Source: Candidatus Latescibacterota bacterium (lineage in GTDB: Bacteria > Latescibacterota > UBA2968). Taken from it: a DNA stretch of 64,000 nucleotides. The DNA is taken from assembly GCA_965116885.1 (NCBI GenBank), contig OZ220741.1, positions 3,488,001 to 3,552,000 of the forward strand, given 5' to 3'. The notes under the pieces were generated by a model, which saw nothing but the letters and a program-made list of their open reading frames with translations, was not told where the DNA came from and searched no databases. Position numbers and translations under genes: made by a program. Shown one piece after another: positions 22,083-32,037 of this stretch (its first letter is position 1; each line of letters starts with the position of its first letter).

Positions 22083-22530
22083 ACGCTTTCCGCCCGACGA
22101 CCCGCGAGAATGGATGAATCGCGCCAGAAGTGATCTGACGCAAGCAAAGAACCAGGTGCCAGGCGTCTATCTCGAAAATTTGTGCTTCAACGCGCAACAG
22201 GCCGCCGAAAAGTCGATCAAGGGCGTGCTGATCGCACGCGACATCGAGTTTCCTTACGTGCATGACCTTGCCCACCTGTTATCACTGCTTGAAGACGGGG
22301 GAGAGGTTATACCGGCTTTGGCGATGTATCCAGTATTATCGACGCTGCCAGCGACATCAGCGGAATCTTCTTTGGCCAATATCGCCTCACGCTTTCCTCT
22401 TCCATGGTCCGCTTATGTGCGGCTGCTTTCAGTCAAGAACATAAACGCCCGTGAGTTCTACGAAACCGAGGCCCTGCGCGGAGGATGGACGATCCGACAG
22501 CTCAGTCGGCAGCAAGGGTTTGAGGTGTGA
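22069..22530 (+). pseudogene. Truncated HEPN protein fused in frame to a DUF1016/YhcG N-terminal fragment
   Basis: HEPN N-half (W..RA.SDL, CFNAQQAAEKSIK, HDL..LL) up to about 22315, then FPLPWSAYVRLLSV....REFYETEALRGGWTIRQL.RQ (DUF1016_N). Confidence 0.75.
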
Positions 22531-22560
22531 CATAAGGCGACATGTCCCACCTGACGCCGC

Positions 22561-23058
22561 TTACTGCTTTGTCAGGATAGCCTCGAGCCTGACTTCATCG
22601 AACGAGACCTCTCCAGCCACCGCCTCGGAACACACCAGCGTACCGCGCATCAACGTGCGTTCCTCGTTTACGCTGGCCGTGTATGTGCACGTCGTAGAGA
22701 TCGGAGGGCCGAAAAGAGCAACGGTAAGTGGGAAGTCCAGGCGGATATCGGGATGGGTGTACGTACCCGTTACCGATCCGCCGCCAAGTGGAAGCCCGAT
22801 TGTAAGGGTGTAGTCGCCGCTGACTGACGATCCGGACTGGGTCAACGCGAGTAGGAAATCGAACCTATTTCCGCCGACCTCCTCAATCGAGTCCGTCCAC
22901 GTTCCGGTCAGCGATGGCTCTTCCGTGCCCGTGCTATCGTCGCCGCATCCGGAAGCCCAAAGCGTCAGTGCGATCACCGCGCCAAAAAGGCAGCGGACTG
23001 GACTGACACCGTACAATAAGTGAGTGAGACTGAACAACGAATGAAACTTTTGCATCAT
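22561..23058 (-). CDS. Putative lipoprotein
   Basis: Hydrophobic stretch then ASGC lipobox-like site, SLTGTW beta-rich body, GGGAGG RBS. Confidence 0.7.
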   Translation of the reverse strand: MMQKFHSLFSLTHLLYGVSPVRCLFGAVIALTLWASGCGDDSTGTEEPSLTGTWTDSIEEVGGNRFDFLLALTQSGSSVSGDYTLTIGLPLGGGSVTGTYTHPDIRLDFPLTVALFGPPISTTCTYTASVNEERTLMRGTLVCSEAVAGEVSFDEVRLEAILTKQ

Positions 23059-23532
23059 ATCCTCCCGTGGTTAAATGCGAATTCCTCAAGTTGTGAAGGG
23101 CTTCCCTCAGCGCCAGCTTGCGCCAACAGAGACGCCCTTTCGGTTACAGGACTCTTAAACCTGCATACAAATAAGATTGTGACCATCAACACCGCTTCTG
23201 ATAAGGATTACACGGCCAATTTACTCCCGCGGCTGTCCTACCTCATCATCGCGTGTCTCCGCTGCCTCCTGTGACTGTGTGGCGTGCTCGCCGCCACAGC
23301 CGCATATCACGCGGGTAAAGCCCGGTCTTTGACTCACCTCTCCCTTATCCATTGGTTATGGTTTGTTGGACCATTCTCGCTCTGTATGTTGCGGCAGAAG
23401 ATCAAAGGCTGACTACCAATCCGACTGGGACCTTCTGCCGTTTTTGCTGAGAAATATCACGGCTGATTTTCTGAGCCTCAAAACGATTCAAATTTTGGGC
23501 ACAGATCCTTCTTTGCGAAAAAACTTTAAATA

Positions 23533-23548
23533 TGCAATATCCGTGCCA
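23533..23548 (-). promoter_or_regulatory. Sigma-54 (-24/-12) promoter
   Basis: Minus strand TGGCAC-GGATA-TTGCA matches TGGCAC-N5-TTGC. Confidence 0.75.
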
Positions 23549-23655
23549 ACGTATTTGTCACAAGATGATTTTATTCTTAAAGTATTATTTATATTCAAGT
23601 AGTTCAAAAAAGAAGATAAAAGCCAGTCTGAAATTTTATATTTCTAATCACTATA

Positions 23656-23685
23656 TATCGCGATATTTAATCATATATCGCGATA
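23656..23685. promoter_or_regulatory. Two palindromic TATCGCGATA boxes 20 bp apart (candidate enhancer/UAS)
   Basis: Exact palindromes at 23656..23665 and 23676..23685, about 110-135 bp upstream of the sigma-54 site across an AT-rich tract. Confidence 0.6.
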
Positions 23686-23714
23686 ACCGATATGAAGAAT
23701 ATATGATACAGAAC

Positions 23715-23810
23715 TTAAGGCAATTTGATGCCCAGTTTTTTCATTTTGCCATACAGGGTAGAAGGCGGTAATCCCAGCAGTGCCGCGGCGCCCCTGTCCC
23801 CACTTGTTGT
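23715..23810 (-). pseudogene. C-terminal Fis-type HTH remnant of a sigma-54 enhancer-binding protein
   Basis: SGDRGAAALLGLPPSTLYGKMKKLGI, typical of FhlA/NtrC-like C-termini. No AAA+ domain upstream. Confidence 0.7.
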
Positions 23811-23928
23811 TGCGGTCTGGTTTTCGACCGTAAACGCCTGCATTATACGCCAAAATGCCATTGCAAACCCCTGTTCTTTCGAGTAAATTGCAGATATTTG
23901 TAAATATCGAAAGACAAAGGTGCATAAT

Positions 23929-24527
23929 ATGACCAGACGCAGACTGCCCATCGGCATCCAAACCTTCCGCGAGATGCGAGAGGATAACTGCTACTATGTG
24001 GATAAGACCGCCTATATTCGGAGGCTGCTCGACCAGGGCAAGCACTATTTTTTATCACGTCCACGTCGTTTTGGCAAAAGTCTGTTTCTGGACACGCTAA
24101 AGGAACTGTTTGAGGGCAATGAGCCGCTGTTTGGGGGGCTTCATATCCACGACCACTGGGATTGGTCTGTTCGCTATCCTGTCCTGCGCCTCGACTTCAG
24201 CAGTGGGAACTATCAGGGGCCGGACGACTTGCGGAAGGAAGTGGCGGTGCAATTGGACGCCCTGGAGAACGAAGCAAAGGTCAGCCCGCGCGACGAAGAC
24301 GCATCAGGCCGCTTGCGCCACTTATGGCCGTTCACTTCAACGATAACATCTACCTGTTCGAGTTCAAGGTGGTGGAACTGGCGTCTGATGGTGCGGCGAT
24401 GGCGCAGTTGCAGGAGAAGGGATACGCGGACAAATATCGGGGTCTGGATCAGCCGATCCATCTGATCGGGGTAGAGTTCAGCAAGGATACCCGCAATATC
24501 ACGGCCTTTGAGGTCGTACCTGCGTGA
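23929..24527 (+). pseudogene. AAA-ATPase / PD-(D/E)XK nuclease family gene with internal deletion and frameshift
   Basis: N-part LPIGIQTF..YYVDKT..SRPRRFGKS to about 24320, then in another frame MAVHF..IYLFEFKVV..QL.EKGYADKY..HLIGVEFS. Confidence 0.85.
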
Positions 24528-24536
24528 GAAATGTGG

Positions 24537-24599
24537 GACGATTATTACGACCGACTGGCGCCGCCCACTGGGGGGACGGCGACGGGGGGTTGGGGGTGA
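24537..24599 (+). repeat. Intergenic mosaic of two fragments copied from 19200..19235 and 18547..18574
   Basis: GATTATTACGACCGACTGGC-GCCGCCCACTGG matches the IolE-like gene interior. GGGGACGGCGACGGGGGGTTGGGGGTGA matches the GNAT 3' end at 27/28. Confidence 0.9.
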
Positions 24600-24623
24600 T
24601 GGACTACGCTAGATGAATAAAAT

Positions 24624-25817
24624 GTGGAGGCAAAACCCATGACACATACACTTGATTCGTACGGCGGCACAATCCAATTGAAGGGAAAAAGCACCGGCTG
24701 GTTCCATCTCGAGGTACTGGGCGGGCGCAGATGGTTCATCACACCTGAGGGCAACGCCTTTTTCCCTGTGTCGCTGGCCCATATCTACACCGGCAACAGT
24801 CAGCCGACCGTGCAAAAGCTTTACGACGGCGACAAGGATGCGTGGATTGAAAAGTGGTTTGACCAGATGCGTGTGCTCGGGTTTAACTGCGCACTCGCTG
24901 GCGCAACGAGCCAGTGTCGAGACCCCAGGGGCTATGTCGATGTCGAGAAGGTGGTGGCGCTGTTTCGCCGCGAATCTTTCCCTTACGCTGCCGGGCTCTT
25001 CCTGATCCCTCACCCCAACGAGCTACCGGAAGGTCAGGAACGCCCGGATATCTTCGCCCCCGCTTACCAGGAGTGGGTAGAAGCGTTGGTAGCCGATGTT
25101 TGCTCGCGGTACGCCGATGATCCATTAATGATGGGATACTATTATGGTTTTGGCACCTTCATCAGACCGGAGAGCTGGATCGATTCAATACCATCGCTCG
25201 ACAGCAAAGCACCAGAGCAGGAGAATATCCGCAAAATGGCGGTTCACATGTACCGTATTGTCCACGATGCGATACGTCGGCATGACCCCAACCACCTGAT
25301 CCTCGGACCTTATGTCAAGGAGCAGTCCTTTGACCTGAAAACGTGGGAGGCTTTGACGCCTTATGTTGACATGCTTTCGCCCCAGCACTTCAACCGCGAC
25401 ATCAGTTTTGCCGAACAGAGTGCAGCAACGGGCAGGTCCGTGCTGGTCTCTGACGAGGAGTCAGGCCATATTTTTGAAGCGTCACGCCAGAATCCGCGCA
25501 GTGTGACATCCGAGCACAAAGGCCGCATCTACGGCTTGCTGCTCAACCGCCACTTGCGAGACTCGAACGTGTGCGGTGTCAATTTTTGCGCGACTCTGTA
25601 CGACCTCGATGACGGTCCGTTGATGAAAATGTCCGGCATGATGGAAGGCCTGTACGACTGGGACGGTAACCCAAAGCCCGGGCTCGTGAACGCCGTGAGG
25701 GAGGCCAACAAGGAAATCTATGAACGCGCAACAGATCCATATCGTTCTTCTGAACTTGCCGAGTTGGATGAAAATCTGTGTCGCGTCAGAGATGAGGTAC
25801 ACAAACATATTCGTTAG
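24624..25817 (+). CDS. Glycoside hydrolase, beta-agarase/GH50-like
   Basis: TGWFHLE..GGRRWFITPEGNAFF, DDP.LMGYY, AIRRHDPNHLILG. Start 24624 or 24639. Confidence 0.65.
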   Translation: MEAKPMTHTLDSYGGTIQLKGKSTGWFHLEVLGGRRWFITPEGNAFFPVSLAHIYTGNSQPTVQKLYDGDKDAWIEKWFDQMRVLGFNCALAGATSQCRDPRGYVDVEKVVALFRRESFPYAAGLFLIPHPNELPEGQERPDIFAPAYQEWVEALVADVCSRYADDPLMMGYYYGFGTFIRPESWIDSIPSLDSKAPEQENIRKMAVHMYRIVHDAIRRHDPNHLILGPYVKEQSFDLKTWEALTPYVDMLSPQHFNRDISFAEQSAATGRSVLVSDEESGHIFEASRQNPRSVTSEHKGRIYGLLLNRHLRDSNVCGVNFCATLYDLDDGPLMKMSGMMEGLYDWDGNPKPGLVNAVREANKEIYERATDPYRSSELAELDENLCRVRDEVHKHIR

Positions 25818-25875
25818 ATACGAGAAATCAGTATGTCATCCTGTTTGGGGACACTACACTGGAGGAGCACAGGTT

Positions 25876-26670
25876 ATGGGACAAGCATTGACGGAGCGTG
25901 AAATCGAATCGATCGTCCGGGAGGTCACAGACGAAGAAGTGGCTTTTTACCACGAATACGGGTGGGTCATGATGAAGCAACTCGTGGACTCGGCGTTCGC
26001 AACGGAGCTCCTGCGCGTTGGTCAGGAATGGTTGAAACGCAATGACGAAGAGAAGGGCGGCAGACGGGCCGTCGGCCTGGCGCGGCGGGAAGAGACCGAG
26101 CCGTTCCGTTCGTTCATGTTCAGCGAGCGCATGTCAAAGAACGCAACGCGACTCGTGAACAGGAAGCGGCTCAAGGGCGTAGATATCCCACTTCGCTATC
26201 GCATCGACATCCTCCAACACAAGCCCCCGGGGGCAGCCGGAGCCACTTATCATCAGGACTCGTCAGAGCACGGCTCTGATCGCGTGGGTGAGCTCCAGTT
26301 CTGGCTTGCACTGGTGGAAGTGCCACCAGAGATGAGTGCCATGCGGTTCGTCAGCCGCTCGCATCGCGAAGGACCGCTTGGCTCGGTATTCAAAGATGAC
26401 CAGGGCAACCTGCTCGAGCAGTACCCAAATCTGACGTCTGTGCTGGAACTCTCTCCGCCCTTCCATTACCAGCCGGGTGACTGCACGGTGCATCACGGAT
26501 ACACAGTCCATGGCGGTCCCCCCAACAGCACCGACAAGTCGCGCTGGTCATACCTCTTCTCATACTCCCCTTCTGACACGCGATATTGGAACGGCACCGC
26601 AGCCAACTGGGGCAGCGAGCGGAAGCGTTTGAGTGACCCGAAGAATCCCACGGTCCATTTTTCCGATTAA
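25876..26670 (+). CDS. PhyH-family dioxygenase
   Basis: Start MGQALT (GGAGG RBS). YHQD, FWLAL, PGD..VH...VHGG. Confidence 0.88.
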   Translation: MGQALTEREIESIVREVTDEEVAFYHEYGWVMMKQLVDSAFATELLRVGQEWLKRNDEEKGGRRAVGLARREETEPFRSFMFSERMSKNATRLVNRKRLKGVDIPLRYRIDILQHKPPGAAGATYHQDSSEHGSDRVGELQFWLALVEVPPEMSAMRFVSRSHREGPLGSVFKDDQGNLLEQYPNLTSVLELSPPFHYQPGDCTVHHGYTVHGGPPNSTDKSRWSYLFSYSPSDTRYWNGTAANWGSERKRLSDPKNPTVHFSD

Positions 26671-26687
26671 GGTTTCAGGGGGTTGAA

Positions 26688-27425
26688 ATGGTTTCTGTAC
26701 AACAATGGGACTTTTTTCAAGAACACGGTTATCTGATCGTTGAAAATGTAATCTCTGTGCAACGATTGGCAGCGTTGCGAGAGGCCCTGGAAAAGAGATA
26801 TGATCTGGAGGGCGAAAAGGCAGGGACAGAGGGATCGACCCCTCCGGGCGTTCGCAGGTTGTGCAATCTCATTGGTAAAGGCCGCGTCTTCGAAGAGCTG
26901 GCAATTGAGCCGATTGCATTGGAAATGGCCAGGCTGGTGGTTGGAGAGGATATGCGCTGGCAGGCCATGAATTTTCACGATCCCATGCCCGGTGATCCGC
27001 GTCCTATTCAGGCAATCCATGCCGATCGATCGTTCTTTAAGAATTGTACTGCGTACCTCAATGTCGTGTGGGCACTTGATGATATGACAGAAGAAAACGG
27101 TGCGACTCGCCTTGTGCCGGGATCGCATAAAAAACCCTGGCCCCGAGATATTATGGACGATCTCAAAGAGGCAGTTGCTGGAGAAATCTACGCGACCTGT
27201 AAGGCCGGAACTGGCATTTTTTGCCACGGTGATGTCTGGCATGGCGCACGCGCAAACCTTTCAAAATCTCCCAGGCGTGTGATCCATATGGGATACAGTT
27301 GTACAAACACTGCGCCTCAATATGAAATTGCAGGCTCTTTGACGCAGGATATTCGCGAGCGGTTGGGCGAGCATTGTGCGCTCATTCCAGATCCCCTATC
27401 GTCATTTGATTTGGAGAAGCCCTAA
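26688..27425 (+). CDS. PhyH-family dioxygenase
   Basis: IHAD, WALDD.TEENGATRLVPGSH, VWHGA. Confidence 0.9.
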   Translation: MVSVQQWDFFQEHGYLIVENVISVQRLAALREALEKRYDLEGEKAGTEGSTPPGVRRLCNLIGKGRVFEELAIEPIALEMARLVVGEDMRWQAMNFHDPMPGDPRPIQAIHADRSFFKNCTAYLNVVWALDDMTEENGATRLVPGSHKKPWPRDIMDDLKEAVAGEIYATCKAGTGIFCHGDVWHGARANLSKSPRRVIHMGYSCTNTAPQYEIAGSLTQDIRERLGEHCALIPDPLSSFDLEKP

Positions 27426-27478
27426 GTCTTATGGTCAATCAAAAACCATCCAACGGTCTATTTTCCAAGGAATACCAC

Positions 27479-28657
27479 ATGCCCCTGACTCAGAAATTTG
27501 AAGAGCGCGTTGTTCGCGTGGAGAAACCTTCCGCTCACTTCACGCTGTTGAGAAACGAAAAGGGTGATTTTCTGGGCGTATCAGAAGGCGAAACAGCCGT
27601 CTTTGACCACGCCGACGACAAAGCGATCTGGAAAGAAGAAGGCGATGCCTATCGCCACGTGGTGTCGGGCCTGACTCTCGATGTGTCTGCCGCGAATGAC
27701 GAACATCTCGCGCTGAATGGGAAATCACTGGGCGAAGACGGCTCCGGATCGTCCGTGCCGGGGCGTTTTCAGCCGGGGCACGGTCCTGCCCATCTTCCGT
27801 CTGAATACCTCGAGCAAATCCGCGAGAACGGATGGGTCTGCCTTCCGAGCATCTTGTCTCCTCACGCGATCGAAGAACTGCAAAGGGTGAGTTGTACTGG
27901 CAAGTGGAACCATGAAGAATTAGACAGAAGCCTGCCGACTCTCACGCAGTCTGTGGAGGTGTCGAGAGCCGCAACCGAGCCTGTATCCCTCTGGGTGATG
28001 CGGGAGTATATGCAGTGTCGGGAAATTCGGCTGGCTCACAGGCCCGGTTTTGCCGTCGTGGCTCCGGATGACGGTGAACGCCAAGTGGGGGGGTGGCATT
28101 CGGATTATCCATACCTCTGGGGGATCGCCAGGAATTCCTCTGATGGTAATCGGATCGTACCGCACAATGCGCTGAATCTCGTGCTTGGCGTTCAGCGAAA
28201 TTTGTGTGTGACTGAATTCAAGAGTGAAAACGGCGCGACCTGTTTCAAACTCGGATCGCATACGCTTGGGCAAGGACCTCCGCCAGAATGGGGGAGTGGG
28301 AATGCGCACAGGGAGGAGGGATCTCGCCAGGCAAGGGGTCTTCCCTATACAGGCTCCGAAGCAGACGTCGTCGAGGCGCCAGCGGGCAGCTACGTCATCT
28401 ATGATGCCCGAACCTGGCATCGGGCAGGCGTGAACCGCACGAACAAAAAACGGGCGGCGATGCTTCAGTCCGTGGTTCCCATGTACATCATGCCGTTTAT
28501 GGAGACCTCTCGTCCCTACAAGGAGTTCCTTGCGAGCCCTCTGGCGAGTCAACTGACGGAGCGGGAGCATATCGAGTTGGAATCCCTCCTGGTAAGCCGA
28601 ATCGATGGACCCCAAGGACGTTTTGCGATCACTATGGATGAGGAGCTTTCCAGATGA
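27479..28657 (+). CDS. PhyH-family dioxygenase with N-terminal beta-rich extension
   Basis: WHSDYPY, ENGAT...GSH, D.RTWHRAG. About 100-aa extra N-terminal domain. Confidence 0.82.
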   Translation: MPLTQKFEERVVRVEKPSAHFTLLRNEKGDFLGVSEGETAVFDHADDKAIWKEEGDAYRHVVSGLTLDVSAANDEHLALNGKSLGEDGSGSSVPGRFQPGHGPAHLPSEYLEQIRENGWVCLPSILSPHAIEELQRVSCTGKWNHEELDRSLPTLTQSVEVSRAATEPVSLWVMREYMQCREIRLAHRPGFAVVAPDDGERQVGGWHSDYPYLWGIARNSSDGNRIVPHNALNLVLGVQRNLCVTEFKSENGATCFKLGSHTLGQGPPPEWGSGNAHREEGSRQARGLPYTGSEADVVEAPAGSYVIYDARTWHRAGVNRTNKKRAAMLQSVVPMYIMPFMETSRPYKEFLASPLASQLTEREHIELESLLVSRIDGPQGRFAITMDEELSR

Positions 28658-29418
28658 ACGAATACAAGACGCACTTTGATACTCCGGAAGATGCCTACTA
28701 CGGCTTTTTTGAAGCCGACGCATCCCAAAATGGAGATGCCTGGGCTGCCGTGATGAGCTATCCCCATGTCCGTGTTGACGCATTGGGGCGGACCGCCTAC
28801 TACGATACGGCACGGGACTACGCGGATAATGCCGACTGGACGTCGAGAGTAGCGACGGGTTGGGTCCTGACGAGGGGACGAGAACCCGTCCGGCTGCACG
28901 AATCTCCCAACAAGGTCCACCTGGTGGGCGGGTGGACGCGATACAACGCAGACGACGATCCCATCCTGTGGAACCGCGTTACTTATATTGTCACCAAACC
29001 CGCTGATTCGTGGGGGATCCAGGCGCGGTTTGCACTTGGTACTTATTACGATGGGCGTGACGACGAAACAGCTATCGCCCAGGCTACCGAGGCGGCAATT
29101 ACTCAGGTGCGACGTTATTGCGATGCACTGGACAAAAACGATGGCGATGCTTGCGCCAGGCTCTGCCGTTTTCCGCTGATTGAGGTCGGTATTGGCGCAG
29201 TAACACAGATCGAAGATGGCACCAAACTGGCGCAACAGGTCAACGAAAGAACCACATCGGTCAGCAATCTGAAAGTCGAGGCAGTACAATCCGGTCCCAG
29301 GGGCGTCCTTGTGGCAGTGACGGCTGACGATGCCTCTGGCAACAGCGAGCAATCCATTGTGGTGGTTGGCAAAGAGGCTGGCGCATGGCAGATCGCTGGC
29401 ATTTCGAGAATGCTGTAA
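28654..29418 (+). CDS. Hypothetical protein, probably two NTF2/SnoaL-like domains
   Basis: Internal repeat (YPHVRV / FPLIEV; WGIQAR / WQIAG). ATGA overlap with upstream gene. Confidence 0.55.
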   Translation: MNEYKTHFDTPEDAYYGFFEADASQNGDAWAAVMSYPHVRVDALGRTAYYDTARDYADNADWTSRVATGWVLTRGREPVRLHESPNKVHLVGGWTRYNADDDPILWNRVTYIVTKPADSWGIQARFALGTYYDGRDDETAIAQATEAAITQVRRYCDALDKNDGDACARLCRFPLIEVGIGAVTQIEDGTKLAQQVNERTTSVSNLKVEAVQSGPRGVLVAVTADDASGNSEQSIVVVGKEAGAWQIAGISRML

Positions 29419-29442
29419 AGCCTTGACACAAGGAGGAATATC

Positions 29443-30597
29443 TTGAAGATTACATCGGTAAAAGCAGTTCCCGCATCATCTTCACCGCAAGGCCGCCCGC
29501 CACGAAACTACATGTTTGTGAAGGTTGAAACCGATGAGGGTATCACAGGCTGGGGTGAGGCGACCGCTGGTCCGCTTAGCGTTGCAACCCAGATCGACGA
29601 GGTCGGTCAGGTGCTGGTGGGCGAAGACCCCTGGCAGATCGAGAAACACTGGCAGACGCTCTACCATCACTTTTTTGTGCGGGGCGGTGTCGTGCAGATG
29701 TCGGCCATAAGCGGCATAGAAATCGCCCTGTGGGACATCAAAGGCCAGGCCGTGGGATTGCCCATATACGAAATGCTGGGCGGAAAGATGAGAGATCGGA
29801 TCTGGTGCTACGGCAGGTGGGATGGGCCTACACCTGAAGGGGCTGCTGAAACTGCGATGAATAACGTATCAAATGGATTGACGGCGCTCAAGGGGGATCC
29901 GTTTGACCATTGCGGGCTGTTTATTCCGGCAGAAGCCGAACGCGTCGCCATCAAGAAACTGGAAGCCGTTCGCAAAGCAGTGGGCGACGACGTTGAGCTG
30001 CTCGTGGAGGTACATGGACGGCTTGCGCCCGCGGACGCCATCCGCATCGGCAATGCGATGGCCGACTGTCGGCCCTTTGTGTACGAAGAACCCGTACCAC
30101 CAACAAACCTCGACGCGATGCAACGGGTTGCCGAGGCCGTAAGCATTCCACTGGCGACAGGTGAACGGCTTTACACCAAGTGGGAATTTACCGACTTGCT
30201 GAGCCGCCAAATTGTGAAGATGATTCAACCCGATATTGTTCAGGGGGGCGGCATATTGGAGTTGAAGAAGATTGCGGCGATGGCGGAAGCCCATTATGTC
30301 GGTTTCCAACCACACAATCCCTACGGCCCACTTTGCACGATCGCGTCTTTGCATCTCGACGCCTGTACCCCAAATTTTATGATTCAGGAAGGCGGTATCA
30401 GCCCGTGGTTTCAGGACGCTTGCACAGGCGACTTCCCGGTTCAGAAGGATGGCTTTCTGCCAATTCCGCCGGGCCCCGGGCTGGGCGTGGCTATGAACGA
30501 AGCGTGGCTCAAGGCAAACCCCTGGCGTGACGACGCAAATATTTGGCGGCCCCGTCCTGGTACGGTCGCATCATTGCAAGATACAAAATGGGTCTAA
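29443..30597 (+). CDS. Mandelate racemase/enolase superfamily, galactonate dehydratase-like
   Basis: VKVETDEGITGWGE, IALWDIKG, EVHGR, EEP, TGER, QPD, PHNP, IQE. Confidence 0.88.
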   Translation: MKITSVKAVPASSSPQGRPPRNYMFVKVETDEGITGWGEATAGPLSVATQIDEVGQVLVGEDPWQIEKHWQTLYHHFFVRGGVVQMSAISGIEIALWDIKGQAVGLPIYEMLGGKMRDRIWCYGRWDGPTPEGAAETAMNNVSNGLTALKGDPFDHCGLFIPAEAERVAIKKLEAVRKAVGDDVELLVEVHGRLAPADAIRIGNAMADCRPFVYEEPVPPTNLDAMQRVAEAVSIPLATGERLYTKWEFTDLLSRQIVKMIQPDIVQGGGILELKKIAAMAEAHYVGFQPHNPYGPLCTIASLHLDACTPNFMIQEGGISPWFQDACTGDFPVQKDGFLPIPPGPGLGVAMNEAWLKANPWRDDANIWRPRPGTVASLQDTKWV

Positions 30598-30627
30598 TCA
30601 TCAGCACCGAGTATAGGAGAGACGTCT

Positions 30628-32034
30628 ATGCCACAACCGGCTCAACAGCCCAATATCCTGTTTGTGTTTTCCGACCAGCAGCGTGCATCGGCAATGGGTT
30701 GCTACTACGGCGATGAAGATCTGGAGACACCGCACTTCGACGCATTCGCCAGGCAGGGAATGAAATTGGAAAGTGCCGTGTCAACGACCCCGCTTTGTTG
30801 CCCCTACAGGGCCATATTGATGACGGGATTACACGGCCATCGCATGGGGATAACGACCAACGGGTATTATCCGGATCTAAGTGAATATGCACACATCGGC
30901 AAGGCTTTCAAAAACGCAGGGTACCGCTGTGGGTATATCGGCAAATGGCATTTAGGAGATGTACAACTCGATTCGGGGCATCCGATGCGTCTGGGATTCG
31001 ACGATGAATGGTTTGTACCTCTGGTATCGAGTCACGCGAGCCCCAATCGAAACTATGCGGTGAACAGCACTGAGACTGTGGTTGGAGAAGGGTTCGACAA
31101 GCCGCAGATCGAGGCCAACAGGGCCATTGAGTTCATTCGAGGACAGGACGGTGGGGCGCCCTGGTGCCTGTTTCTTTCATGGTATCCCCCTCATCCCCCA
31201 CTGGTATCTCCAGAGGTATATCTCGAAAAATATCGGGGACGGGACCTGAAGTTTCATCCCAATGTGAAGACCGTAGATGCAGAGGCACTCAATCGTTTTC
31301 AGGACCATTATGCGCATTATTACGGTCTCGTAACGGGCCTGGATACTGAGTGGGAACGCTTGATGCAGGCCCTGGAAGACAGTGGTCAGGCGGAAAACAC
31401 CATTGTGGTGTACACCTCGGATCACGGTGAAATGCTAAACAGCCAGGGCTGGCGAGGCAAACGATGGCCTCATCGCGAATCCACACAGGTTCCTTTTCTG
31501 ATTCGATGGCCAGGCAAGATTGAAGCCAACGCCACATTGGACATGCCGTTTGGCACGCCAGACATTTTTCCCACGCTATGTGGACTCGCAGGGATCAATG
31601 TGCCATCGGGGTTGGACGGGGCCGATCTGTCCGGCGTCATCCTCGGCAGCGATTCCAATGGGCACCAGCAAGCGTACGCCTATATGACGATGCACCACAG
31701 CTTCATTCCGTGGCCCGGCTGGCGCGGGATTCGCACAGCGAAGTACAATTACGCGCGAATGGAGGAAGGACCGTGGGTGTGTTTCGATCTTGAAAACGAT
31801 CCCTATGAACAGAACAATCTGGTCGAAGAGAATGGCGCGGTCGTGTCGGAACTGGATGGGCTTCTTGTAGATGCGATGAAAAAAGCGGGCGATTCCTGGC
31901 GTGATGTCGGCAGGGAAGTAGGCGATTGGCAGGAGTGGCACGGCAATAAACAGATTGGGCAACTCGGATTGGATGCTGAATACCCGGGTTCCGAGGCCAT
32001 TCGAATCTGGGCAGAACGGAACAATCTTGTGTAG
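30628..32034 (+). CDS. Sulfatase (Cys-type)
   Basis: NILFVFSDQ, CCPYR, GKWHL, SDHGE. Confidence 0.93.
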   Translation: MPQPAQQPNILFVFSDQQRASAMGCYYGDEDLETPHFDAFARQGMKLESAVSTTPLCCPYRAILMTGLHGHRMGITTNGYYPDLSEYAHIGKAFKNAGYRCGYIGKWHLGDVQLDSGHPMRLGFDDEWFVPLVSSHASPNRNYAVNSTETVVGEGFDKPQIEANRAIEFIRGQDGGAPWCLFLSWYPPHPPLVSPEVYLEKYRGRDLKFHPNVKTVDAEALNRFQDHYAHYYGLVTGLDTEWERLMQALEDSGQAENTIVVYTSDHGEMLNSQGWRGKRWPHRESTQVPFLIRWPGKIEANATLDMPFGTPDIFPTLCGLAGINVPSGLDGADLSGVILGSDSNGHQQAYAYMTMHHSFIPWPGWRGIRTAKYNYARMEEGPWVCFDLENDPYEQNNLVEENGAVVSELDGLLVDAMKKAGDSWRDVGREVGDWQEWHGNKQIGQLGLDAEYPGSEAIRIWAERNNLV

Positions 32035-32037
32035 CGA

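Noticed and set aside
23060..23340. Possible riboswitch or small ORF upstream of the lipoprotein
   Set aside because: Contains a CGAAAG loop and a 38-codon ORF but no match to a riboswitch consensus I can recognise. Needs an Rfam scan.
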